Source: a bacterium (GTDB lineage Bacteria > Bacillota > Clostridia > Oscillospirales > Acutalibacteraceae). Taken from it: a DNA stretch of 54,439 nucleotides. The DNA lies in NCBI GenBank assembly GCA_963597385.1, contig CAVBQD010000001.1:1-54439 (forward strand), read 5' to 3'. Both the position numbers and the translations under genes were made by a program. Positions 37,455-45,313 of the stretch are shown here, piece after piece; the first letter of the stretch is position 1, and each line of letters opens with the position of its first letter. The notes below the pieces were generated by a model. That model did not search any database. It was not told where the DNA came from and was given only the letters and a program-made list of their open reading frames with translations.

Positions 37455-38315
37455 TTACATCTTTTCTGAAGTTTTATGGCTTTCGTCGGTGTAGACTACC
37501 GGTTGCCATTGTTCGGCGAGCCAATACGGGTTATGTTTATCCTTTTTATCGTACCACACCTGAGGGTAGTGGACTTTTTTATTTTTGCTCACTTCGGTGT
37601 ACGGTTTAACATTTCCGTCCACCTCGACGCAAAGAATTACGAACTTGAAATTTTGCATAAAATCGGTGTTGATATTAATGCTTAAATAGCTGTCGGTATA
37701 CGACATATCAAACGCCGAATGGTAGAGCGAGCGTGAATATATTCTGTCCTCGTAATCGTTGAAGCTGTCTTCGGTGAGGTCGCCGTGCGTGTAGTACGGG
37801 AACACATATCCGTTATCGTCGGCGGCATTAATATTTGTATAGTACGCAGCGATGACCTGATAGGTTTTGCTTTTGCCGTAAATATCGGTGAGGGTCACCT
37901 TTTGCTTACTTTTTTTGTAGCTTTTTGGAGAAGAATACAAAGACTCGATGTCAACCGATGAGCTATCCAAACCGATCGATTTAATCTGCTTGCCGTCGTC
38001 TATTGCGGAACCGGAGTCAAAATGATTTCCGCTTTGGTAGACATCCGAAGTGACGAAAAGTTTGTCTCCGCTGTCGGCAAAAGTAAGCATACCCGAAGTT
38101 TCGGAATTTTGACCGTAAGCGTCGCAAAACTCTTCTGCAATATGACGGGGATATTTAATGTCGTACTTTTTTTCATACGGCTTTAAGTACGCCGTTGTTG
38201 CGGCATTGATAATTGCAATGATAAGCAAAACCGCAATCAATCCTGCCACGCAGATAATCGGTATTTTATTCTTTTTAATAAATTCGGCAAATGTGCTCTT
38301 GCTTTCTTTTTTCAT
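37455..38315 (-). CDS. Membrane-anchored class B sortase-like protein lacking the catalytic motif
   Basis: N-terminal TM; TDIYG..TYQVIAAYYTN...DNGYVF.Y, RSLY, YPQVWY resemble ruminococcal SrtB, but the TLxTC position reads LSININT. Confidence 0.55.
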   Translation of the reverse strand: MKKESKSTFAEFIKKNKIPIICVAGLIAVLLIIAIINAATTAYLKPYEKKYDIKYPRHIAEEFCDAYGQNSETSGMLTFADSGDKLFVTSDVYQSGNHFDSGSAIDDGKQIKSIGLDSSSVDIESLYSSPKSYKKSKQKVTLTDIYGKSKTYQVIAAYYTNINAADDNGYVFPYYTHGDLTEDSFNDYEDRIYSRSLYHSAFDMSYTDSYLSININTDFMQNFKFVILCVEVDGNVKPYTEVSKNKKVHYPQVWYDKKDKHNPYWLAEQWQPVVYTDESHKTSEKM

Positions 38316-39484
38316 TATTTAATCACTGTCTTTCTGGCACCCTGAACGGCTCTGTTGATAAGATTTTCGCTGTCGAGTGCCTTTTCGGCTTCAAGGATTT
38401 CCTCAATGTGCGGTCTTGTTTTCGGGTGCTTCGGAGTGAATACCGTACAGCAGTCCTCATATGGCAAAATCGATGTTTGGAATGTGTCTATTTCTCTTGA
38501 AATACGCACGATTTCGTCCTTGTCCATACCGATACAAGGTCTGAAAACAGGGAGCTCTGTCGCAACATCTGTGCAACCGAGTGCATATATCGTTTGGCTT
38601 GCAACCTGACCGACGCTTTCACCCGTAATGAGTGCCGAGCAATTTTGCTGTTTTGCCAAAATCTCGGCAATTTTCATCATATATCTTCTCATAATGATGG
38701 TGAAATATACTTCCGGGCACTTATCTCTGATAGCTTCCTGAAGTTCGGTAAACGGAACAACATATGTTGCGATAGGTCCGCTGTATGCCGCAACTTTGTG
38801 AAGCAAATCCATAACTTTTTGCTCGGCAAGTTCCGTTGTATAAGGCGGAGAAGCAAAGTGAACCGAAATAAGTTCAATTCCTCGCTTTGCCATCATATAT
38901 GCGGCAACAGGCGAATCGATTCCGCCGCTTATAAGCACCGCACCCCGTCCGCTTGTGCTGACCGGCATACCGCCAGCACCCTTGATATTATTGCCTCTGA
39001 TAAAAGCATATGTATCACGGATTTCAATCGTAACGGTAAGTTCCGGATTATGCACATCAACCTTTAAATTGTGGTGATTTGAAAGGATATGACCGCCGAT
39101 TTCTCTGCAAATTTCAGGTGATTTGAGCGGAAACTTTTTGTCGCTTCTTTTTGCCTCAACCTTAAATGTTTCAACCTCGTCAAGTCGCTCATCAAGATAT
39201 TCAAGCGTGAGCTTTTTGATATTTTCCATATCTTTTTCGGCAACAAGTGCTCTTGAAAGTGCCGCAATGCCAAAAACTTTTTTAAGCCTTTCAACCGCGT
39301 CGTCAAGGTCGATGTCCTCGTCCTTTGGCTCAACCATAATCGTTGACTGGCTTTTTTTGAATGTAAACTCGCCGATTTCGGCAAGTGCCTTTTTCATATT
39401 TTTAATGAGAATGTCCTCAAATGTGTTTCTGTTAAGTCCTTTAAGAACAAGCTCTCCGTTTTTAATAAGTATAATTTCTCTCAT
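38315..39484 (-). CDS. thiI: tRNA 4-thiouridine synthase ThiI (no rhodanese domain)
   Basis: GELVLKGLNR, THUMP domain, PP-loop ISGGIDSPVA, GESVGQVASQT, PYEDCC. Confidence 0.96.
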   Translation of the reverse strand: MREIILIKNGELVLKGLNRNTFEDILIKNMKKALAEIGEFTFKKSQSTIMVEPKDEDIDLDDAVERLKKVFGIAALSRALVAEKDMENIKKLTLEYLDERLDEVETFKVEAKRSDKKFPLKSPEICREIGGHILSNHHNLKVDVHNPELTVTIEIRDTYAFIRGNNIKGAGGMPVSTSGRGAVLISGGIDSPVAAYMMAKRGIELISVHFASPPYTTELAEQKVMDLLHKVAAYSGPIATYVVPFTELQEAIRDKCPEVYFTIIMRRYMMKIAEILAKQQNCSALITGESVGQVASQTIYALGCTDVATELPVFRPCIGMDKDEIVRISREIDTFQTSILPYEDCCTVFTPKHPKTRPHIEEILEAEKALDSENLINRAVQGARKTVIK

Positions 39485-39552
39485 TTTGTGTTCCTGCTGT
39501 GTTGAATTTAAATATTTTGCGGTTGAACCCCTCAGTCTGCATACAATATGCA

Positions 39553-39618
39553 GACAGCTTTACTGCGTAGACGCCCCCTTTTGTCTGCGTTGCAGACATT
39601 TCCCCCGATTAACGGGGG
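39553..39618. repeat. 66-bp palindromic repeat identical to 52076-52141
   Basis: GACAGCTTTACTGCGTAGACGCCCCCTTTTGTCTGCGTTGCAGACATTTCCCCCGATTAACGGGGG at both sites. Confidence 0.88.
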
Positions 39619-39660
39619 GGATCACCTTACAAGTAAGGGACGCCCCGGTTGGTTTTTGAT

Positions 39661-40794
39661 TTATAGCGGATATTTTTCCACGGTTTCCCTAATTGCCGAT
39701 GTAAGTGCGTCAACATCTGCTTTTGTATTCATTCGGCTGAAGCTTATGCGAATTGATTTTTCAATCACTTTATCGCCGAGTTTCATAGCCGTGAGCACAT
39801 GACTTTTTTTGCCTTTTGCACATGCCGAACCGTTGCTGACATAAACATCATATTGGCTTGACAAATGCTGAACTATTGTTTGGCTTGTCATAAAGCTCGG
39901 AATGTATACATTAAGTATGTAGTCCGATGACTCGGCTGAATTGTTGATTTTCACTCCGCTTATTTTTTGCAGTTCTTCCCTTGAATAGATATTCAGCGTG
40001 TGAATTTTTTCGGTCTGCTCTTTTAAATTCGGGAACAGCGATACCGCTTCTCCGAACCCTGCAATAAGCGGTGACGCCTCCGTACCCGGTCTGATTTTGT
40101 GTTCCTGCTCGCCGCCGTAAGTTCTCGGCACAATTCGTGTGCCTTTTTTAATATACAGTGCACCCGTGCCCTTCGGGCCATGAACCTTGTGTGCCGTGAC
40201 CGTTACCAAATCCGCACCGAGTTTGCTCGGCTTGATTTCATATTTGCCGTACGCCTGCACGCAATCTATGTGAACAAGTGCCGGTGCTTTTGCCTTTTTA
40301 ACGGCTTTTTGTATGCACCGAACAGGCAAAATCGAACCGACCTCGTTATTTACATACATCATTGAAACAAGAATCGTATCGCCGTTTACCGCTTCAAAAA
40401 TCTGTTCTTCGGTAATGTTGCCGTTGCTGTTCGGTTCAAGCCTGACAACCTCAAAGCCCTGTTTTTCAAGCTCTGCCACCGATTCAAGCACGCTCTCGTG
40501 CTCAATGGCAGTTGTGACAATTCGGTTGCCTTTGCGTCTGTTAGCCGCCGCTGTGCCGAAAATTGCAAGATTGTTCGCTTCCGTGCCGCCCGATGTAAAG
40601 AATATTTCCTCACTTTCGCACGACAAAGATTTTGCGATTATTTCCCTCGCTTTTCGCACTTCGGCATTTGCATTTAGCCCCTCTTTGTGAAAAGACGACG
40701 GATTGCCGAAATTTTCGGTAAGCATTTGATATACTTTTTTTGCAACAGCCTCCTCCGGCTTTGTGGTTGCACTGTTGTCTAAATAAGCACTCAT
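39661..40794 (-). CDS. iscS: Cysteine desulfurase (IscS/NifZ type, ThiI partner)
   Basis: YLDNSATT, GNPSS, TSGGTEANN, AHKVHGPKG, SNGSAC. Confidence 0.9.
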   Translation of the reverse strand: MSAYLDNSATTKPEEAVAKKVYQMLTENFGNPSSFHKEGLNANAEVRKAREIIAKSLSCESEEIFFTSGGTEANNLAIFGTAAANRRKGNRIVTTAIEHESVLESVAELEKQGFEVVRLEPNSNGNITEEQIFEAVNGDTILVSMMYVNNEVGSILPVRCIQKAVKKAKAPALVHIDCVQAYGKYEIKPSKLGADLVTVTAHKVHGPKGTGALYIKKGTRIVPRTYGGEQEHKIRPGTEASPLIAGFGEAVSLFPNLKEQTEKIHTLNIYSREELQKISGVKINNSAESSDYILNVYIPSFMTSQTIVQHLSSQYDVYVSNGSACAKGKKSHVLTAMKLGDKVIEKSIRISFSRMNTKADVDALTSAIRETVEKYPL

Positions 40795-41969
40795 TATTTT
40801 ATATTTCTCAATTCCTTTAATTTAAATGCAGCGGCAATTGTTTTTGCGTCTGTAATTTCACCGCTCATAATTTTTGCGATAAGGGTCGAAAACTTCATTT
40901 TCACCACCTGCAAAAATTCGTCATCGTCAAGTTCCTGACTTGTTTCGGTTAAACCCGTTGCCGCATAAAGATAAATCTCTTCACTCGTGTAGCCCGGTGA
41001 CGGATAAATTTTGCCAAGGTCAATATAGTTTTCCGCGATAATTCCGCACTCCTCGTGAAGTTCTCTTTTGCCTGTAACAAGCGGGTCTTCACCCTTTTCA
41101 CGCTTGCCTGCGGGAATTTCGTATATCGTTTCCTTGTACGGATAACGGAATTGACGAACCATATAAACACATTCGTCCTCGGTCAGAGCAATAATTCCGA
41201 CACCGCCTGGGTGGTCAACGATTTCTCTGTTGGCTTTGTCGCCGTTGCAAAGTACAATATCGTCCACATGAAAGGTCAACACTCTGCCGTTATATATGCC
41301 TTGTGAGCTTTCGGTTCTTTCATACAAACCGAGTGCGATTGACTCAATATCCTCTAACTTGTCGATAACATAATCTGCACCGCTTTCGATAAGCTCAAAT
41401 TTATTACCAAATCCCCACAGCACGCCCACGCTTGTAACTCCGGCTTCACGGGCACCGTCCATATCGTAAAATCTGTCGCCCACCATAATTGCTTCACTCG
41501 AGTCAACTCCGAGTTCACCCAGGCAACGGTTCAATATGCTTTGTTTTGACTCGCAGTCCGCATTAAAACTTACCGCACTGATGTAGTCAAAATATCCTTT
41601 AAGGTCGGATTTTATCAGCAGTTCGTCTACATAATTAATCGGTTTTGATGACGCAACGCCGAGCTTGAAGCCGTCATTTTTGAGAGCCTTTAAAAGCTGT
41701 GGAATGCCCTCGTAAAACTCGCTTTCGTACAGTCCGATATTTGTATATCGTTCACGGTATTTTTTAACAAGCTTTTCTGCGTCGGTAACACTTTGATTAA
41801 ACTTTTCCTGAAAAGTCACAAGCAGGGGCGGTCCGATGAAAAAGTCCAGTTCCTCCCATTCCGGCGACTCTATATCAAATGCGTCAAGTGCATATTTCGC
41901 ACTCTTTTTGACGCCTATCCCGGTATCGCAAAGTGTGCCGTCAAAGTCGAAAATAACCGCCTTAACCAT
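40794..41969 (-). CDS. HAD-IA phosphatase fused to a NudF-like NUDIX hydrolase
   Basis: FDFDGTL...MVGDRFYD, then Nudix box GKREKGEDPLVTGKRELHEECG with QFRYP and SPGY. Confidence 0.88.
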   Translation of the reverse strand: MVKAVIFDFDGTLCDTGIGVKKSAKYALDAFDIESPEWEELDFFIGPPLLVTFQEKFNQSVTDAEKLVKKYRERYTNIGLYESEFYEGIPQLLKALKNDGFKLGVASSKPINYVDELLIKSDLKGYFDYISAVSFNADCESKQSILNRCLGELGVDSSEAIMVGDRFYDMDGAREAGVTSVGVLWGFGNKFELIESGADYVIDKLEDIESIALGLYERTESSQGIYNGRVLTFHVDDIVLCNGDKANREIVDHPGGVGIIALTEDECVYMVRQFRYPYKETIYEIPAGKREKGEDPLVTGKRELHEECGIIAENYIDLGKIYPSPGYTSEEIYLYAATGLTETSQELDDDEFLQVVKMKFSTLIAKIMSGEITDAKTIAAAFKLKELRNIK

Positions 41970-42367
41970 TACTTCGCCTCCACCTTTTTCATAAAGCGAT
42001 CGCTGTCAACAACAAATCTCTCTATCGTTCCTTTGCCGATTACTGTTCCGTCTTCTTCGCAAGCCTTTACATCAAAGATGAGTTTTCTGCCCTGCGTTTC
42101 TATGAGTTTGGCATATGCAATAACAACTGTGCCAACACCGCTTGCCTTGTCGTGGCTTACATTTACGGAAGTTCCGACAGTTGTTTCGCCGTCGTCCAAA
42201 ACATCGGCAATCGCGGTGCAAGTTGCTTTTTCCATAAGTGCAATCATAAACGGTGTGCCAAATACAGGCAGCGAACCGCTTTGTGCCGCAATAGCTGTGT
42301 TTGTGGAATTAACAATGGTAAGAGCCTCGCCCTTAACTTCGGTAATAATTTCTTGCATAATGTTCAC
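41969..42367 (-). CDS. FlK-type hotdog thioesterase
   Basis: SGSLPVFGTPFMIALMEKA, TVGT.VNVSH. Start may be the second Met. Confidence 0.85.
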   Translation of the reverse strand: MNIMQEIITEVKGEALTIVNSTNTAIAAQSGSLPVFGTPFMIALMEKATCTAIADVLDDGETTVGTSVNVSHDKASGVGTVVIAYAKLIETQGRKLIFDVKACEEDGTVIGKGTIERFVVDSDRFMKKVEAK

Positions 42368-42449
42368 CTCGCAATTTATTCGATATATTATATCATATAA
42401 TTAAGACTAATACAATAATTTTTCGGTATAAGTAAGCCTCTTTCCGCGA

Positions 42450-42885
42450 ATACACGCCAATAAAGCTTTGGCGTGTTTCAGGAGTTTTAGTATAATTTAG
42501 GCGGCTAAGATAACGGTTGAATTCTGTTTTCTTGTGAAGGAAGATGTACCTCGTCAAAACATATTCCGTATAGAACAAAACAAAGTTTTGTAATTATACT
42601 TCGTATGTTTTTCCTCTTTCCAAAAAATCAAATGATTTTTTGGAAGCCTTTTATTTCGACTGAGCAAAAAACGGAAAAGGCAAAAAAACTGTAGATTTTA
42701 TTCTTACAGCTTGTTTAAAACCCCTCCGTCAACACTTCGTGTTGCCACCGTCTCACCTACCGGTTCGGTCGGTGCTTCTGCATTAAAAATGCAGAGGTCT
42801 CCACCGGAGACCCGCACCCCTTATAAATAAGTGGAGGCAAATTGTTGAATTTGTTTTGCGTGTTTCAGGAGTTTTATCGCAGGTA
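42450..42885. repeat. Cluster of MITE/REP remnants
   Basis: GCGTGTTTCAGGAGTTTTA occurs twice; segments are homologous to the 21903 MITE (GTTTTCTTG.GAA, GAGCAAAAAACG); the ~70-bp GGTCTCC element is nested in a REP at ~42750-42820. Confidence 0.7.
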
Positions 42886-42889
42886 TATA

Positions 42890-42991
42890 GAAAAAAGAGT
42901 AGGTGTAACACCTACTCTTTTCCCTCTCTGTCTATAACAAACTATAGGAGGACAGGTTACCCAAAACGGTTGCGGCTCCGTCTTGAGCGTA
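42890..42991 (-). ncRNA. Candidate ~100-nt small RNA of unknown family
   Basis: Perfect promoter upstream, two internal hairpins, a UCCUCCU tract, strong terminator GAAAAGAGTAGGTG-TTA-CACCTACTCTTTTTTC, and no ORF. Confidence 0.72.
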
Positions 42992-42996
42992 TGAAC

Positions 42997-43025
42997 ATTA
43001 TAGTTGAAATTTACTAACTTGTCAA
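42997..43025 (-). promoter_or_regulatory. Consensus sigma-A promoter of the candidate sRNA
   Basis: TTGACA (43025-43020)-N17-TATAAT (43002-42997). Confidence 0.85.
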
Positions 43026-43190
43026 GTGAAAAGTTAAAAAAATTTTGTTAATTTATACAAAAGGATAAATGAAATTTTATTATGATACTCATTAAATAAA
43101 ATTATAGTCTTTTAATAGACAAAAGGAGATTGTTTTGTATTCTTTCAAATTTTTAGTTGAGATATTTTTTGGACTTCTTCGGTTAAAAAG

Positions 43191-43219
43191 TTGACATAAT
43201 ACAAATGTTCGACTAATAT
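43191..43219 (+). promoter_or_regulatory. Sigma-A promoter with a possible degenerate LexA box in the spacer
   Basis: TTGACA-N17-TAATAT; ATAC-AAAT-GTTCG at 43199-43211. Confidence 0.5.
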
Positions 43220-43317
43220 AAATGTTAGGCAACGGAGAAGCAAAGCTTGATTTCAATTGCCGACAATCAACGAACCACTCAAGTTGATTAAAGTTTAAAA
43301 AAGAAAGAAGGCATACG

Positions 43318-43542
43318 ATGACAATTAACGAATTGGCTCATGAATATGAGCAGCAGTACAGGATTTTGAGCACGAAAATCGACGCAATGCGACCTCTGCT
43401 TTGCGTGTATCGCGGCGACGACCTTGTACAGCTGAGAAGAAAGATTAAAATATATTACGATATGGCTTGTGAATGCAGAAGAACGGCATCAATGCTTTTT
43501 GGATATTACGAGGAGGATGTAAACAATGATAGATTTTATTAA
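43318..43542 (+). CDS. Hypothetical 74-aa helical protein
   Basis: Purine-rich RBS; overlaps the next gene. Confidence 0.7.
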   Translation: MTINELAHEYEQQYRILSTKIDAMRPLLCVYRGDDLVQLRRKIKIYYDMACECRRTASMLFGYYEEDVNNDRFY

Positions 43543-43852
43543 TAACTACTATTACGAGGATTATTCTTCAATAAACGGAATGGATAAGGAAAAAGCAAAG
43601 AAAAAGGCGTTTTCTACTGTTTTGCCCATAATTATGCAAGAGGAGCTGACCCCGATGCAAAGTGTGTGTTTGCGATATAAATACGAAAACAACAAGACGC
43701 AGGCGGAAATTGCGAATTTGCTCAAGCTGTCGCAACCGACGGTGTCCCGTCATATTTCATCGGCAAAAGATAAGATGAACAGTTCGCTCGGCTATTGCTA
43801 CATTGCACTGTCAAAAGCGATTGACGAATACGACAGACTTGCAAATTCTTAG
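43526..43852 (+). CDS. Stand-alone sigma-70 region 4-like HTH protein
   Basis: LTPMQ...YENNKTQAEIANLLKLSQPTVSRHISSA; GAGGAGG RBS. Confidence 0.85.
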   Translation: MIDFINNYYYEDYSSINGMDKEKAKKKAFSTVLPIIMQEELTPMQSVCLRYKYENNKTQAEIANLLKLSQPTVSRHISSAKDKMNSSLGYCYIALSKAIDEYDRLANS

Positions 43853-43971
43853 CGTATATGAAATCAGGTATGGTTTGACGGCAGTTCAAGGCAGTTTTAA
43901 TGCACCGTTTCACCGTTTTTACCTGTTATCTTACACGCTATACTATGTATAAAATATAATACTGACACTGT

Positions 43972-44007
43972 AAAAGCGTTACGGCAACAAAACCGTAACG
44001 CTTTTTT
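43972..44007. terminator. Bidirectional terminator
   Basis: AAAAGCGTTACGG-N8-CCGTAACGCTTTTTT. Confidence 0.75.
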
Positions 44008-44030
44008 GAAAGGAAATTTATTATATATAA

Positions 44031-44549
44031 TTAAATATACTTTTGGATTTTGATTTTATCGAGTACCGCACCGACGATAACAAACACAATTGCCGAACCG
44101 ACTGCCTGCACGCACGAGAACGGCACCGAAGTGATTGCTGTAGGGAACGAATACATAAGACCCTCGGCAAGAAGATAACCGCCGATTGTCCAAAGACCGG
44201 ACACTACAGTCATAACCACAGTCCACTTTGTAACGATTTTGTGATTTGTGTTTCGTACAACCAAAATAAACGGAACCGCATTAATTGCCTTAATGATTGC
44301 CGTTGCCGGTGCCCATTGCGGTGCACCTGAAATCACATCTGCAAGTGCTCCGCCGATTGCCGCCGCAAGAGAAGCCCAAGGGCCGAGCAAACAACCTGCA
44401 AGATAAATCATACTGTCACCGAAGTGAAGATAGCCCGAATTAATTCCGGTCGGCATTTTAATAAAAGCAGTTGCAACGCAAATGAGTGCCGCCATAAGAC
44501 CTGTAACGCAAATTCGTTTTACTTTGTTATTCTTTACTGTTTTTTCCAT
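44031..44549 (-). CDS. ECF transporter S component
   Basis: GLMAALICVAT, GYLHFGDSMIYL, AAAIGGALAD, WAPATAIIK. Confidence 0.88.
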   Translation of the reverse strand: MEKTVKNNKVKRICVTGLMAALICVATAFIKMPTGINSGYLHFGDSMIYLAGCLLGPWASLAAAIGGALADVISGAPQWAPATAIIKAINAVPFILVVRNTNHKIVTKWTVVMTVVSGLWTIGGYLLAEGLMYSFPTAITSVPFSCVQAVGSAIVFVIVGAVLDKIKIQKYI

Positions 44550-44641
44550 AAACTTTCCTCCGTCTGTAGTTGATAAATGTATTATAGCTTACATTTAACC
44601 ATTAAAAAAGACACAAAAAGGATAATGTTTTAGAGTACAGA

Positions 44642-45313
44642 TTAATAGGTCTTTATCATTTCAAAATTCATAGATTTCAGCGTGTTGAGCAGGTCGGCAT
44701 TATTGCGTATCGGCTTGTCGGTGATTATACCGCCTCTTGCAAGCTGTTTCGGCACATGAAAATCCGAACCGGACACCATCAGCTTGCCGTATTTCGTAGC
44801 CCACGCTTCCGCTTTTTCGTTGCTTGCCTTATCGGTTTTGCCGTTATAGATTTCAACGCCGTCCAAATAATCCGGATTGCACCTTGTTATCGCCGGACGA
44901 AACGGATGAGCCTGATACACCAAGTAGCCTTGGCTGTGCATAAGTTCACTCATATCCTTTTCCCACAGGGCAAGCAGATTGCCTTGCTCTTTGAGCCATT
45001 TCTCGTCAACGCCGTATATGAGATAATCGTTTGCCGTGGCATAATGTCTTATTTCCATACCGAACATAACGGAAAAGTTGTCGTTCTCGTATTTTTTCAT
45101 TTCGTAATACGGATTGATATAGCAGTCAATGAACCTTTTCGGATTAAAATATCCGTGAAGCAAGTCGAATGTAAGCGGACTGTAGTGGTCGGTGAGCACA
45201 ATGCCCGAATACCCCTTTTCCTTGTACATTCTTGCAATGTCCTTTGGTTCTGTTCTGCCGCATTGACGGGAGCCGTATTTGGTGTGAGTGTGTAATTCGT
45301 ATTTGTATTTCAT
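44642..45313 (-). CDS. PHP-domain phosphoesterase
   Basis: ELHTHT, LTDH, GMEI, AHPFR, SGSDFH. The ATG overlaps the recG stop. Confidence 0.88.
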   Translation of the reverse strand: MKYKYELHTHTKYGSRQCGRTEPKDIARMYKEKGYSGIVLTDHYSPLTFDLLHGYFNPKRFIDCYINPYYEMKKYENDNFSVMFGMEIRHYATANDYLIYGVDEKWLKEQGNLLALWEKDMSELMHSQGYLVYQAHPFRPAITRCNPDYLDGVEIYNGKTDKASNEKAEAWATKYGKLMVSGSDFHVPKQLARGGIITDKPIRNNADLLNTLKSMNFEMIKTY

